A stretch of DNA of 62,479 nt, the filler included, from Globobulimina sp. (Eukaryota), in NCBI GenBank assembly GCA_003354225.1. It is 23 parts of 23 records of this genome, joined end to end, with 100 filler letters (N's around TTAATTAATTAA, not from the genome) between each part and the next. Parts side by side here need not be neighbours in the genome. Positions count along the whole stretch, not along the records: positions 21,780 to 24,400 come from PIVH01005677.1; positions 24,501 to 27,121 come from PIVH01005678.1; positions 27,222 to 29,842 come from PIVH01005679.1; positions 29,943 to 32,562 come from PIVH01005680.1; 19 more parts are not named here. One strand, given 5' to 3'. The notes below the pieces were generated by a model. It ran no database searches. It was not told the DNA's origin and was given only the letters and a program-made list of their open reading frames with translations. A program made the translations under genes and the position numbers. Positions 21,780 through 32,662 of this stretch are shown here, one piece after another (position 1 is the stretch's first letter; every line of letters starts with the position of its first letter).

Positions 21780-22372
21780 ATATTGGCTATGGAGAGGTTA
21801 TCACCATCTCCAACAAAATGATGCGACATAATATTTGAACCTTTATTTTTATTTTCTGTGGAACCACAAAACGGATCAATCAAATTTCTATCATCCACAG
21901 CGCACCAAGCTATAATATTATATATTCGATTTACACTCTCATCTTTTAAATATGCATCAATCTCTAACGCACGAAAGAAACCAGACATTACAACCGGTGT
22001 ATCCCCAATGTAAATATTGTCCATTTCCATATCAATATTGCCTCTGCTCCTTAACTGCGCAAATAATTCAACTTTGTATACTTCCTTTAATCGCCAATCA
22101 CTGCTTAATACAATTTTGCAATCTGTTTTGTTTAAAATAGTAACTAATCTCCCAATTAATTCCTTGTCTAATCCTTGCTGATTCATACAGCCATTGATTG
22201 TATTTAATACGCCATCGATGTCTAAAAATAATATTTTAATATCTTGTTTGCCGAAATACCATAACAACATCAAATCTATTACATGATTTCTGAAAGAGTT
22301 CCGAGCATTAATTTGGTCAAATGTGTCGCTATCCTCCTCAGAAGAATCAGTATCAACAAATAATTCGTCCAC
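21780..22372 (-). CDS. HAD-superfamily protein, Swiss-Army-Knife RNA-repair-like (HAD_SAK_2 type); partial
   Basis: ILFLDIDGVLN, KIVLSSDWR, GDTP, RALEI and WCAVDDR. Confidence 0.8.
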
Positions 22373-22610
22373 ATCAATATCTTCCTCAGTGTTGAAAGCA
22401 TCAATGTAAAATGTTTTTGTCTTATTGTTTACATTTTGTTTCAGCGTGGATCATATGTTAGTTGCTCCCAATTGATGTTACATTGTCTCACAAAACCACT
22501 CACTAAATTATATACACTTTTCGATGCGTGTTTTGTGGAGGTATCTGCCATTATGAAAAGAGTAAGTTTTTCTGACAGTTTTCAACATATTAAAAACATC
22601 TCAAAACTTC

Positions 22611-23645
22611 ATGGTGGAGCACATTGTTCAGCTGTTCCAGGTGGCCGGGGATATCATTTGTATTAGTTGTTTTTTGTTTGGCCTTTGTATTGCTTATAAA
22701 GGATTTAAAGGTGTTTGTTGCCTGCGTTCTGATATCAAATCTCCATTTAAAGCTGGATTTTTATTGCAATCTATTTTCCAATTAACTGGCTCTTTAGCTC
22801 AATTAATACTGGTCTCATCAACGCAATTCCCGAAACTTTATCATCCGACTTTATTAAATGTTGCCTATTATCTTGCTCCATCTATATATGCAATACAAAT
22901 ATGGAGATTATTGGTTGTCACCATCTGTAGACTGCTTCATACATTCAATGGAAGTGTGTACAGAGTGAAACAGTCCACATTTATAATGATTGTATGCATT
23001 GCCATTGTTTCTTTTTGTTCGGGAGTCGTTGCGTTGCTATTTTTGATGTTATTTAAAGTTAATAACGATGCACAAATTTCGATAATAACTGGAACATTCA
23101 GCATCTTTTTATATATCATTGCATCCGTTATCGTGGTAAAGATGTTTGTAAACAGATTATGTGTTTTAACCGCAGCAGCATCAGCATATCAGTACGAATA
23201 TAGCCAATATAAACCATATGATCAACATAAACAATATAAGTTATATCGAGCTTATGATGAATATGAAAAATCAGATGAGTCGGATCAACGATTGATTTTA
23301 AATGAGGGATCCGGACATAACGGACAGCATAATATAATTATTACTGCTACGAAATATATTTCATTGTCCTCGATTGGATTAACAACGACTGTGATCGCGT
23401 CGATATTTACAATGTCAATGTATTTCATCCGGACATATTATATCACCTTTCAGATAAATGGTGTATTGTGGGTTATCGATGAACTATGCAACGTATTATG
23501 CGTCTTTTTACAATATTCATTCTCCAGCAAATATTATTCCAACCATTGTTTATGTGTTCATAAGAAATGTCAATATTTGATTATCAAGAAAATCGCAAAA
23601 AAACAATATGATCATTTTCGCAAAACGTCTATAGATTTTGCATGA
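22611..23645 (+). CDS. Orphan 7TM/GPCR-like protein, complete
   Basis: 344 aa with seven hydrophobic segments; RLLHTFNGS after TM3, TKYISL at TM6, IDELCNV...YYSNHCLCVH at TM7/helix 8. Confidence 0.75.
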   Translation: MVEHIVQLFQVAGDIICISCFLFGLCIAYKGFKGVCCLRSDIKSPFKAGFLLQSIFQLTGSLAQLILVSSTQFPKLYHPTLLNVAYYLAPSIYAIQIWRLLVVTICRLLHTFNGSVYRVKQSTFIMIVCIAIVSFCSGVVALLFLMLFKVNNDAQISIITGTFSIFLYIIASVIVVKMFVNRLCVLTAAASAYQYEYSQYKPYDQHKQYKLYRAYDEYEKSDESDQRLILNEGSGHNGQHNIIITATKYISLSSIGLTTTVIASIFTMSMYFIRTYYITFQINGVLWVIDELCNVLCVFLQYSFSSKYYSNHCLCVHKKCQYLIIKKIAKKQYDHFRKTSIDFA

Positions 23646-23908
23646 ATCAAGCAATGTTATATGACATTTTTTGTTTTTGTTGATTTTCTTTCCCTTTTAA
23701 TATCAAGCACAATATTATTATATTAATATATTTATTTTCTTCAAAACTATTTAGCACACTCATCGTATGCATATTTAATTTGTGTACGTTTTCGGATTGT
23801 GCAGCTTTTCAATATGTCACGTTTGAGTATGTGCCGAAATAGAATCCGAATTATTTGCAATGGCTGCGATAATCGTCCGCACCCAATGTCAGGGAGCAAT
23901 TTGAAGGG

Positions 23909-24349
23909 ATGGAGAGAGAGCGTGTTCGTGGGAGATATTTGAATCTGTCGTCAGATAACGAACACTCTGAGAGTGTAAGTGAAGATTTTTCAAGTTCAGA
24001 CGATGAGGATTGTGGCTGCGACAATATATTCTCAAAATCTTCATTGTTTTTAGGCTGTAATAATATGAATGTCGGCGTTTATTCAGATTTTGGATATTCT
24101 GATCAATCGGAAACTGATTATTTAAGTGCTCAGTCGGGCGATTTTGATGAGTTAACGATATGTTATCATTATGATAAAAATAATAAGAACAGAAATAGGA
24201 ATATACGATTCCGAGATAATTATTTGAGTGATATTGGACCCTCAGATATTGGGAGTAGTGATACTGAATATTTTTCCTCCGCTGATTCTATCCCTGACTC
24301 TGTGCCTGATTCTATACCGGACTCTATCTCAAAATTGCAAAAATTGTAA
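23909..24349 (+). CDS. Hypothetical acidic Ser/Asp-rich protein (fragment)
   Basis: Low-complexity ORF with (S/D)IPD repeats; no recognisable domain. Confidence 0.3.
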   Translation: MERERVRGRYLNLSSDNEHSESVSEDFSSSDDEDCGCDNIFSKSSLFLGCNNMNVGVYSDFGYSDQSETDYLSAQSGDFDELTICYHYDKNNKNRNRNIRFRDNYLSDIGPSDIGSSDTEYFSSADSIPDSVPDSIPDSISKLQKL

Positions 24350-24501
24350 CTGTGTCTTCTGATTTGTATCGTTTGTTGAATTTGCGTTGTTAAAGTTTTA
24401 NNNNNNNNNNNNNNNNNNNNNNNNNNNNNNNNNNNNNNNNNNNNTTAATTAATTAANNNNNNNNNNNNNNNNNNNNNNNNNNNNNNNNNNNNNNNNNNNN
24501 C

Positions 24502-24675
24502 ATAGAGCAATTGCCAGAAGACTTGCGTACAGCAATAAATCTACGAGAGCTTGAAGGGTTAAGTTACGAAGAAATAGCAACGATTATGGAATGTCCTGTT
24601 GGAACAGTTCGTTCAAGAATATTTAGAGCACGTGATGCTGTAGATAAAAAAATCAGGCCATTACTTCAACGCTAA
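24502..24675 (+). CDS. rpoE: Bacterial ECF sigma factor RpoE, 3' end
   Basis: IEQLPEDLRTAINLRELEGLSYEEIATIMECPVGTVRSRIFRARDAVDKKIRPLLQR* matches sigmaE region 4. Confidence 0.95.
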   Translation: MEQLPEDLRTAINLRELEGLSYEEIATIMECPVGTVRSRIFRARDAVDKKIRPLLQR

Positions 24676-24701
24676 TTTATCGGTTTTTTAAAGGTGTATA
24701 T

Positions 24702-25292
24702 ATGAGTGAAAGTAAGTTTGAGACAGTTTCATCATTAGTTGATAATTATCAAGCCAGTGATGATGTTTTTAACGAATTAGTTAAAGATAACCATATGTCC
24801 GAAACTTGGCAACGTTACCATTTAATTGGTGATGCAATGCGAGACGAATTACCTCATTCGTTAAATATTGACATGTCAGCGGCTATTGCAAATGCAATTG
24901 CTGAAGAACCGACAGTCTTAGCACCTATTGCTAAAGCAAACTTTAGTCAAACAGTTAAAGCAAAAGTTGTTCAATTTGCTAAACCGTTTGGTCAATTAGC
25001 TATCGCAGCTTCTGCAGCTGGTTTAATGGTGATTGGTGTACAACAGAATGTTGCTAATAATGATTCATTAATACCTAACCCTATTGTACAAACAGTACCT
25101 TTTGGCGGTGTTGCTGAGCCTGTGAGTCTTAACTATCAGCAGAACAGTAGAGTTTCACAACAGCAAGCAATAGTCGCACAACAACGTCGTTTCCAAGCAC
25201 TTTTACAAGATCATAAACAACAACTTAAATTTACAGCCTTAACTGAAAAAACAGAAAATGCTGATAAAGAGGTTACCAATACGGCTCAATGA
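24702..25292 (+). CDS. rseA: Anti-sigma-E factor RseA
   Basis: SSLVD, TWQRYHLIGDAMR, IAEEP, a TM segment GQLAIAASAA and a Q-rich periplasmic tail. AAGGTG RBS-like site upstream; lies directly after rpoE. Confidence 0.93.
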   Translation: MSESKFETVSSLVDNYQASDDVFNELVKDNHMSETWQRYHLIGDAMRDELPHSLNIDMSAAIANAIAEEPTVLAPIAKANFSQTVKAKVVQFAKPFGQLAIAASAAGLMVIGVQQNVANNDSLIPNPIVQTVPFGGVAEPVSLNYQQNSRVSQQQAIVAQQRRFQALLQDHKQQLKFTALTEKTENADKEVTNTAQ

Positions 25293-25572
25293 AGTTATTA
25301 ATATGTTTTTTAATGCTGGGGAGCTTGAGCTCTTCAGTATGGTCAGCTGAGACCGAGTCTCCAGAAACAGCTGACGTATGGCTTGCTCGTCTTTCACAAT
25401 CTTTACAAACCTTAAATTTTAGTACGTCTTTTGTTGTCGTTAAAAACAATCATGCGGAGCCTTATCATTGGTTTCATGGTGTAAACGAACAAAATGTTGA
25501 ACTCGAAATATTATCGTTACTCAATGGTCCCCGTAGAGATGTACTTCGAAAAGAAAACACCGTTAGCTATAT
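25289..25572 (+). pseudogene. rseB: RseB/MucB N-terminal fragment truncated at a chimeric junction
   Basis: ATGA overlap with the rseA stop, signal peptide, LNFSTSFVVV, ELEILSLLNGPRRDVLRKENTVSYI. Similarity is lost after about 25572. Confidence 0.85.
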
Positions 25573-27121
25573 TGCGTTCAGTTCCCATATCTGTAGACCA
25601 TTTTGCCACCGCGCCGTCAGAGACCAATATGGTGCCATGTCCATTGGCTTCAAAATACACAGAAATATCGTAATTTTTTGCCTCATGATGCAAGTGTTTG
25701 ACACCGGTGGCAGTAATAATCGATTTTATACCCAACTTATTGTCAATATAATGCCGTGATGCCCCGTTTGCGTAGCCGGTCTGTACCACACCGACAGTTA
25801 AGTCCACACCGCATTTATTAATATACGGCTTCATAAACTCAAATAACAGACAGATCTGTTTGTCCCCATCGCAAACACACAATTTATTCCCATCGTCGCC
25901 ATCCAAATAATAATACATCAATCGGTCACAATCGCCATCTAAACTCGCCAAACGTTGGTTTTTTACCTCATTCTCTTTGCCAATTAAGCCAATTGGGAGA
26001 CTTCTTTGTTTATGAACGTGTTCTGCACCGCATTCGAAGTTGACTGCCAATTTTGCAGACGGCAAATGAATTAAATTGATTTCTAATAAGTCACTAATTT
26101 CTTCCTGTGCTATTTTGAAGGGAATGCCGCCGACACCATTGGCACAATCCACTATTACGGTGCCTAATTGCTTGGAATCTTTTGCCTTTTCTTCTTCTTC
26201 TTTTCTCTGCAATAATGACACCAATTTCTTGTATGATGTCAGTACATCTTTTAAATAAATATCACCGCTGATTTTATCAATGCCAATGTCGCGGTTCGCT
26301 CGACGAACAACATAATGTAAGTGCGGGGTAGTTGCTTCACCAAAATCTCTGTGATACATTTAGACAAAATCGTATTAAGCCCGAATGTGTGCGCAAAATA
26401 AGGGGTTTCTAAGGATCGATATCTGTTTTTTCACTGAATTTGCATGAAAAAGTATGCAAATCTCCGCAAACTATATCTGAAGCATGTCATTTCTGACTAG
26501 ATTGATCCACTAGAAACACAGTATATATATATATCTCACAAAATAGTCCATTTGCTTTCAGATGAGATATTTTGATATGTTATACTGAATACCGTATACT
26601 GTATATGTGTGTATCTTAACTTGATGACAACTTTGGAATTTATAGAGGTAGCGGCTTTAGCCACCAATTGAGCGAATTTTAATGAATGGGGCCTGGTGTC
26701 TCGAGCAATAAATACAGCGGGAATGGTGCGGTTTTCATTGTCCTTGTTTTCATTGTCCTTATTTTCATCGGATTTTTCATCGTCGCGATTCTGTTCATAT
26801 TTGGATTGCAAGAATGCTAATATTTTATCTTCGGGTTCGTTTGCAATTTGTGTAGCGAGCGATTCCCAGCGACTGTCCATCATTTCGCCGGAAGGGTCGA
26901 TTATTTTCACGCCATTGTCTTCTTCGGCATTGTGCGAGGCAGTCACCATAATACCGATGGCTTGGCAGTTTTGCGAAAATGACCGCAAAACGGCTAATAA
27001 ACCAACCCGAACCATGACGGACTCCAAGGTTTGATTATGTCCACGGAATCCTGACGTTCCATATCTATAACGAAAAAAATGGTATTTTTTGATCTTGTCC
27101 ACTTCATTTAATATCTGGCTT
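25573..27121 (-). CDS. PGM3: Eukaryotic phosphoacetylglucosamine mutase (AGM1/PGM3); partial at both ends
   Basis: YGTSGFR, TASHNAEEDNGVKIIDPSGEM, ARDTR, TTPHLHY, DCANGVG, DGDCDR, VVQTGYANG, TGVKHLHH, YFEANGHGT. GT-AG intron at 26620-26349. Confidence 0.93.
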
Positions 27122-27568
27122 NNNNNNNNNNNNNNNNNNNNNNNNNNNNNNNNNNNNNNNNNNNNTTAATTAATTAANNNNNNNNNNNNNNNNNNNNNNN
27201 NNNNNNNNNNNNNNNNNNNNNTTTGCCCGACTAAAATATTTTTTCCCTTGATTTCATTATGTTGAGGTTGGCGCGCGAAACGCGCGCTTAGAAAACGCGT
27301 TTATATTAAAACAGGGTTCATGAGTAAATCCAAAACCTAAATTCCCTGACTTTTCCTCCAATAAACCTCCAATATTTTTGCATTGTTTTTTTTTCAAAAA
27401 ATAATCGTTTCCTCAAATTTTTAATTTTAATTTTTATGTTAGCCAGCGGAGCAGCGGCGAAAAAACGCTGCACAGACCGTGGTGCGTCGGGGGTCTATAC
27501 AATGTGAGGGATGCTTAAATCACGGCCGGGCTGACAAGGTGAAAAACGGGCCGGTACGCGAAAAATAC

Positions 27569-28275
27569 CTTGGTGTTAGTGAAATGGATGATGTATCTGC
27601 TGAACTACTACTCGATGAATCAACACGTCCTGCTCGTGCTTGACGTATCATGGAATCCAATGAGGGAAATTCTCCGTCCCTGAAATATGATGGCAATATT
27701 ACATGTAATAATAAATAGCTAAAACATGAAAATGTACCTACCTTAGCGTTGGTGAAACGGAAGATGCATCAGAACTACTACTACTACTCGATGAATCAAC
27801 ACGTTCTGCTCGTGATCGTCGTGCTTGACGTATCAAAGAATTCAATGAGGGAAATTCTCCGTCGCTGAAATATGGGGGCATTAGATTAAATGGGTGTCTA
27901 AAAGTTGAATTAAATAAAATGGATTATTTTAGCTAGAGAAATATGGCATGAATTAGTATCAATTGAAAGTGTAAAAAACTTTATCATAAAAAGCACGCGT
28001 CATGAAAAAAAGCGAAAAGCACATGTTGCGCAGATTAGCATTTTCCCTTTTCTCTCTCGTTCAACATGCCCTTGATTTCCTAAATTATGTGAAACTCCTT
28101 TTTTCATGCTGAACTGAACTAGCAAACTCAAGGACAAGGACCTACTGAAATGCATAAAGCTAAAGGAAAAAGTACAGTACCTTGGTGTTGGTGAAATGGA
28201 TGTTGTATCTGAATCCATATAAGAACTATCCTGCAAATATTTTCTGTCCACAGAGCGTCGTCGTTCCGGGGTTGC
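27569..28275 (-). CDS. Three paralogous Ser/Arg-rich exons of an unknown multi-exon gene
   Basis: Exons 28275-28181, 27864-27742 and 27679-27569 each have a TTTCAG acceptor and an AAG/GTA donor. Two encode DGEFPSL..IRQAR...VDSSSSS...S.TP/LR. Confidence 0.6.
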
Positions 28276-29626
28276 CTGAAAATTGTTTTAGTTAACATGA
28301 GCGAATTACTAATGTGGCTAAGCCACGCAGTGATCCCGACGTGACCAACAATGTTGGGAATCCGCCAAAGATAGCCTATTTACTATACAAGGTACCGATA
28401 ACCGACGTTCCTTAAAACTATACATTCTTAAAACTATATGTACATGTAGTCCTAAAACTAAACTAATGGCTTATGATTTCGGGCGATTCACGATTTCCCA
28501 CGATTCGGAGGTCGGATCGAAAAATCACTTCTAGTATGTATGTTTAAAATTTCAGCCCGATTTGTCCAGTAGAGAATTAGCTATGTATGGCCTGCAAAGA
28601 GGAAGAAAGAAAAACACGGGACAGCGGTGACGAGACGACAACGTGGCAGTGGGCCCTCCGAAGATTTTTCATCGTTTTTTTGTCGCTTCATGCTTCATCT
28701 GACTTCGTTGCTACCACTTTTACCTTGCTTCAAATTTGAGCATTACAAATTATAAAATCATACCGCATCTGCTGAATGATAATCAAATTCTCCAGGATGT
28801 GGTGATCTCGTAACTGCTGACGAACGCAATTGGCAGGTAGAAGTTGGACTGTGCGATCGACTTTCTTCTCTGCCACTTGCCCCATCCATGGTACCACAAC
28901 ACACTAAATATAATTAATTAGATACCTATGGTATTGTAAGTTGGCTGCGTTGGGCGCCAGTAAAGGTGAAACACTAATTCACGCTACATCATGTAATAAC
29001 TACATAGCGCGAGAAACCAAATTTGTATACATGCATGGAAGTCGATATTCGATATATCGTTGGAGATCTAATAAATACCTACAGTAGCCGCATTCGACTA
29101 GACAGCAGCAAGCAATATAAAAATATCTACACCAAAATTAATAATAGGCAATAATTAAATATCCGATATCGGATAACGCAATGCAAGACAGTTAAAATAA
29201 GAAAGGCCAAAAGTTTAACCAAAATTTCTATTAACATAAACATGGTGAGTCACTTGGTGACAATGATTGTAGCAAATACAGTTATAATATTTAAAATTAA
29301 TTATAAATCAAAAACTACAGAACTGCTAAAACCTTGGTAAAACTGGTACAGTACAATTAATATCAGTACAAGTACAATAAACTAATGAACAAACAAAAAA
29401 CTTTTTAAACAGTAATAATCTTCAAACTACAAATTCTATTAATTCCGGTGGTAATTTTCCATTCATCTCAATGCATATGGCTGCCAGATGACGACGGCGG
29501 TCCACTTGATATCCATCACACAAAAATCTGGAAAGAAAGTTAGCATTTTCCACTTGGACTCATTATGTCGGAGCAACGACGAAATGCATATCCGGCCGGC
29601 CTTATTTTTAGGGGGACGGGCCGGAC

Positions 29627-29834
29627 CGCTATTTAAGCATCCATCCATCACATTGTTTAGGTAGTTTTCCTCTACGGCCGCCAAAACACAGCGTGCACCG
29701 CTCGATTTAGCGATCGCCTCTGCTGGAAATGTTTTTTTTGCCCCAACTACAGTTAAATATAACGCGCAGCGCACACGGTGGTTTGGCGGCCGTAGGAAAA
29801 CGACCTAAACAATGTGATGGCTGCTTAAATAGCG
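29627..29834. repeat. Imperfect inverted repeat of about 55-60 bp (MITE/foldback-like)
   Basis: Arm 29627-29685 (CGCTATTTAAGCA...CCATCACATTGTTTAGGT...TACGGCCGCCAAA) is the near reverse complement of 29782-29834. Confidence 0.85.
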
Positions 29835-30111
29835 CCGGGCCTNNNNNNNNNNNNNNNNNNNNNNNNNNNNNNNNNNNNNNNNNNNNTTAATTAATTAANN
29901 NNNNNNNNNNNNNNNNNNNNNNNNNNNNNNNNNNNNNNNNNNATTATCATTATCTTCTGTATTATTATTAATATTTTCATCATTTGTCATTTTTTATATT
30001 TAAACACAAAATGAGGATGGAAGCTAAGAATTTGACAGAAAATTTGAACTTCCCTTCAGTAGCTACGTAGGCAAACTATATAATGAAAACTTAGAAGTTA
30101 AAACAAGTGCA

Positions 30112-31550
30112 ATGGGTAACACGCCTTCGACACGACTCCCATCGGCATCCACGAGAGGATTTGCATCAACCATATCATCAACATTTAGTAAACATAAAAC
30201 CGGCGATGTAGAACATAGTCAATCAACCACAGCGGTTCAATTTCAAAAAGATTTATTGGCGCATCAAAAAGAAGAGGAAGAATATGAGTATTTAACGAAA
30301 TTAACAACATTCGATGCGCACACATTGAGATTATTGAAGCGTAGATTTGATACAATTGACCAAACCATACAAAAAGACGGCATTATATCCATTGAAGAGT
30401 TTGCCAAAGTTTTGGGAATGGATTGTAAATCAATGCTATTACGGAGGTTTTTTAAATTTATGGACAAATCATCAATGGGACAATTAAATTTTCGTAACTT
30501 TGCTACGTCTCTGTCCTTATTATCCATACAAGCGCCCGATGAGGATAAGATAAAATTATCTTTTTTTTTATATGACCTCAACGACGACAAACAGATTGAT
30601 CGAGATGAATGTACAAAAATGGTTAAATTGGCACTAAATGAAATTAATATGAAATTGTCAGACAAACAAATTCAAGTTATTGTAAATAACACATTTAACC
30701 AAGCGGATATAAACAATGATGGGGTTATTGATTTCCAGGAATATACAATGTATTGCAAGAAGAATCCCAGAGTGTTGCAGCCGTTTCGAATTGACATTGC
30801 TACGCTTGTCTTAGATGAACAAGGTTCGGTAACTTCGGTTCGCACATTCGCAATTATGTAAATATAATATAATATTAAATATATACAGAGAATAGGAGGG
30901 AAAAACGAAGGCTCTCCCAACAGAAATCATTAAGGCATTGGCCAACCGACACAAAAAAGAAAAATAAAATGTTTCGAAAGATAAAAAAATCTGTGCCAAC
31001 ATCTTTGAAAAGGGAGAAGATAGAAAGAGTCCGATCCATTCATAATGCGCAAGATATTTTGGGTTTAGATGATAATAAAAATGATAAATATTGGGATGAT
31101 GAGAGCAATGAATCTGACAATAAAAGAAAGATAAAGAGAAAGAAAAAGAAAAAGAAGAAAAAGAAAAAGAAAAGTTTTGAGGACAGCAATGAGAATAAGA
31201 AATGTAGCGTTTCTTTGGAACGCAGCAATACAGATAGCACCTCAGAATCTGAAATAGCGGATGAAGATGAACATGAACACGAATATCCGATACCATCTTC
31301 AAAACAATTAAGATTTGCATTAAGTGCGGACAGTGCGGATAGACGAAGGAAAAAAAAGGAAAAATATTCAAAAAATAATATAAATAAGAAAGGTATAATA
31401 AATAAAAATAATGTGCCAGATATCAGCAGCATAACCGAAGCAACATCAGCCGGACTAAATACATCCGTTCCAAGAACACCACCAAAATCCAAACAAAAAC
31501 CGAAAATAAAACAATCAGATCTTGATGCAATTGAAAGGTTATTAAACTGA
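30112..31550 (+). CDS. Calcineurin-B/CBL-like EF-hand protein with a long Lys-rich C-terminal extension
   Basis: MGNTPS myristoylation motif; EF hands KDGIISIEEF, DKSSMGQLNFRNF, DLNDDKQIDRDE and DINNDGVIDFQEY. A 38-nt GT-AG intron at 30858-30895 joins ORF 30969-31550 in frame. Confidence 0.8.
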
Positions 31551-31619
31551 TTACTGATATCGATGTTAGTGTTGTTATAGTTATTTTTGATTATTTTTAT
31601 TGTATTAAAACATCAATGT

Positions 31620-32136
31620 CTAAGTAATAGAAAATTTATTTTCAAACTCACGTTGTTTTATGGCGTCTCTAGCACAAGTCATAAATTGCGTAAATGGTTC
31701 CAAACAGTCCGATTGCGAGATTGCAGACCCAGGCTGATTTCGTTGTACTTTCATCACCAAAGATAAACACGCCTATATACAATATAATTAATATAGAAAA
31801 TACTAGAAAATTCATTACCATTAATTTACTAGTATATAATACCTGATATTTTACATTTAACTGATGACACGATTGTTGAGTTACTTTTTGCCTCCATTCA
31901 ATTTTTAATGTGACCATATCCAATTCGTGTGCTTGTTGCTGGCATTCTTTTTTTAATAAAGTCCATTCTGGATACCAATATTTTCTCCATCCTTTGTGTC
32001 GTTTGGTTTTTGCGTCGCGCAGACAATTTGTATATAATTTTGATTCAATTTCACATGTTCCAAATAAAACATCCATATCAAGCATGTCATCCTCTGTGTA
32101 TTCAATCTCATCTTCCAATGACACATAACTGGCCAT
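31620..32136 (-). CDS. CX9C (CHCH-type) protein, probably mitochondrial intermembrane space
   Basis: Removing intron 31842-31773 gives CEIESKLYTNC, a degenerate CQQQAHELDMV, CHQLNVKYQAC and CLEPFTQFMTC. Confidence 0.7.
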
Positions 32137-32662
32137 TTTTAACTTACAATTTTGAACTCTCAAAGTGCCAAGCGAGTGCAGCAGTTTTTTTAGCATTTCA
32201 TTTTTTTTAAAAAAACTGACTTTGCCTTTTAGGATATGAACAAATATGATGGCGGATTTCGAAATATTTACCCTTAAGCTTTTTTATTTTGTCCAAAAGT
32301 TATAAAAGTTAAAAATCATGAAAATTGATGAAAAGTGCTAAGAATGACTATTTAAACGATATTTTCAAAGATTGGTCAAACTATCTGCATAAATATGATA
32401 TGTTCGACAGGATTTTACAATTTTTCGATGATTCCTTATTTTTGAGAATTTTGCAAATATTGCATTAATATTCATTTTTTAACATTGAATCATTTTTTTT
32501 ACTTTTGGACAAAATGAGGAATGGACAGTGAATGAGAAATGAGAATATATGAATGATATCATNNNNNNNNNNNNNNNNNNNNNNNNNNNNNNNNNNNNNN
32601 NNNNNNTTAATTAATTAANNNNNNNNNNNNNNNNNNNNNNNNNNNNNNNNNNNNNNNNNNNN

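Noticed and set aside
24501-25572. Horizontal transfer of the sigmaE operon into the eukaryote
   Set aside because: Both flanking genes are broken at an inverted junction and the bacterial part is unameliorated, so a chimera is more parsimonious.
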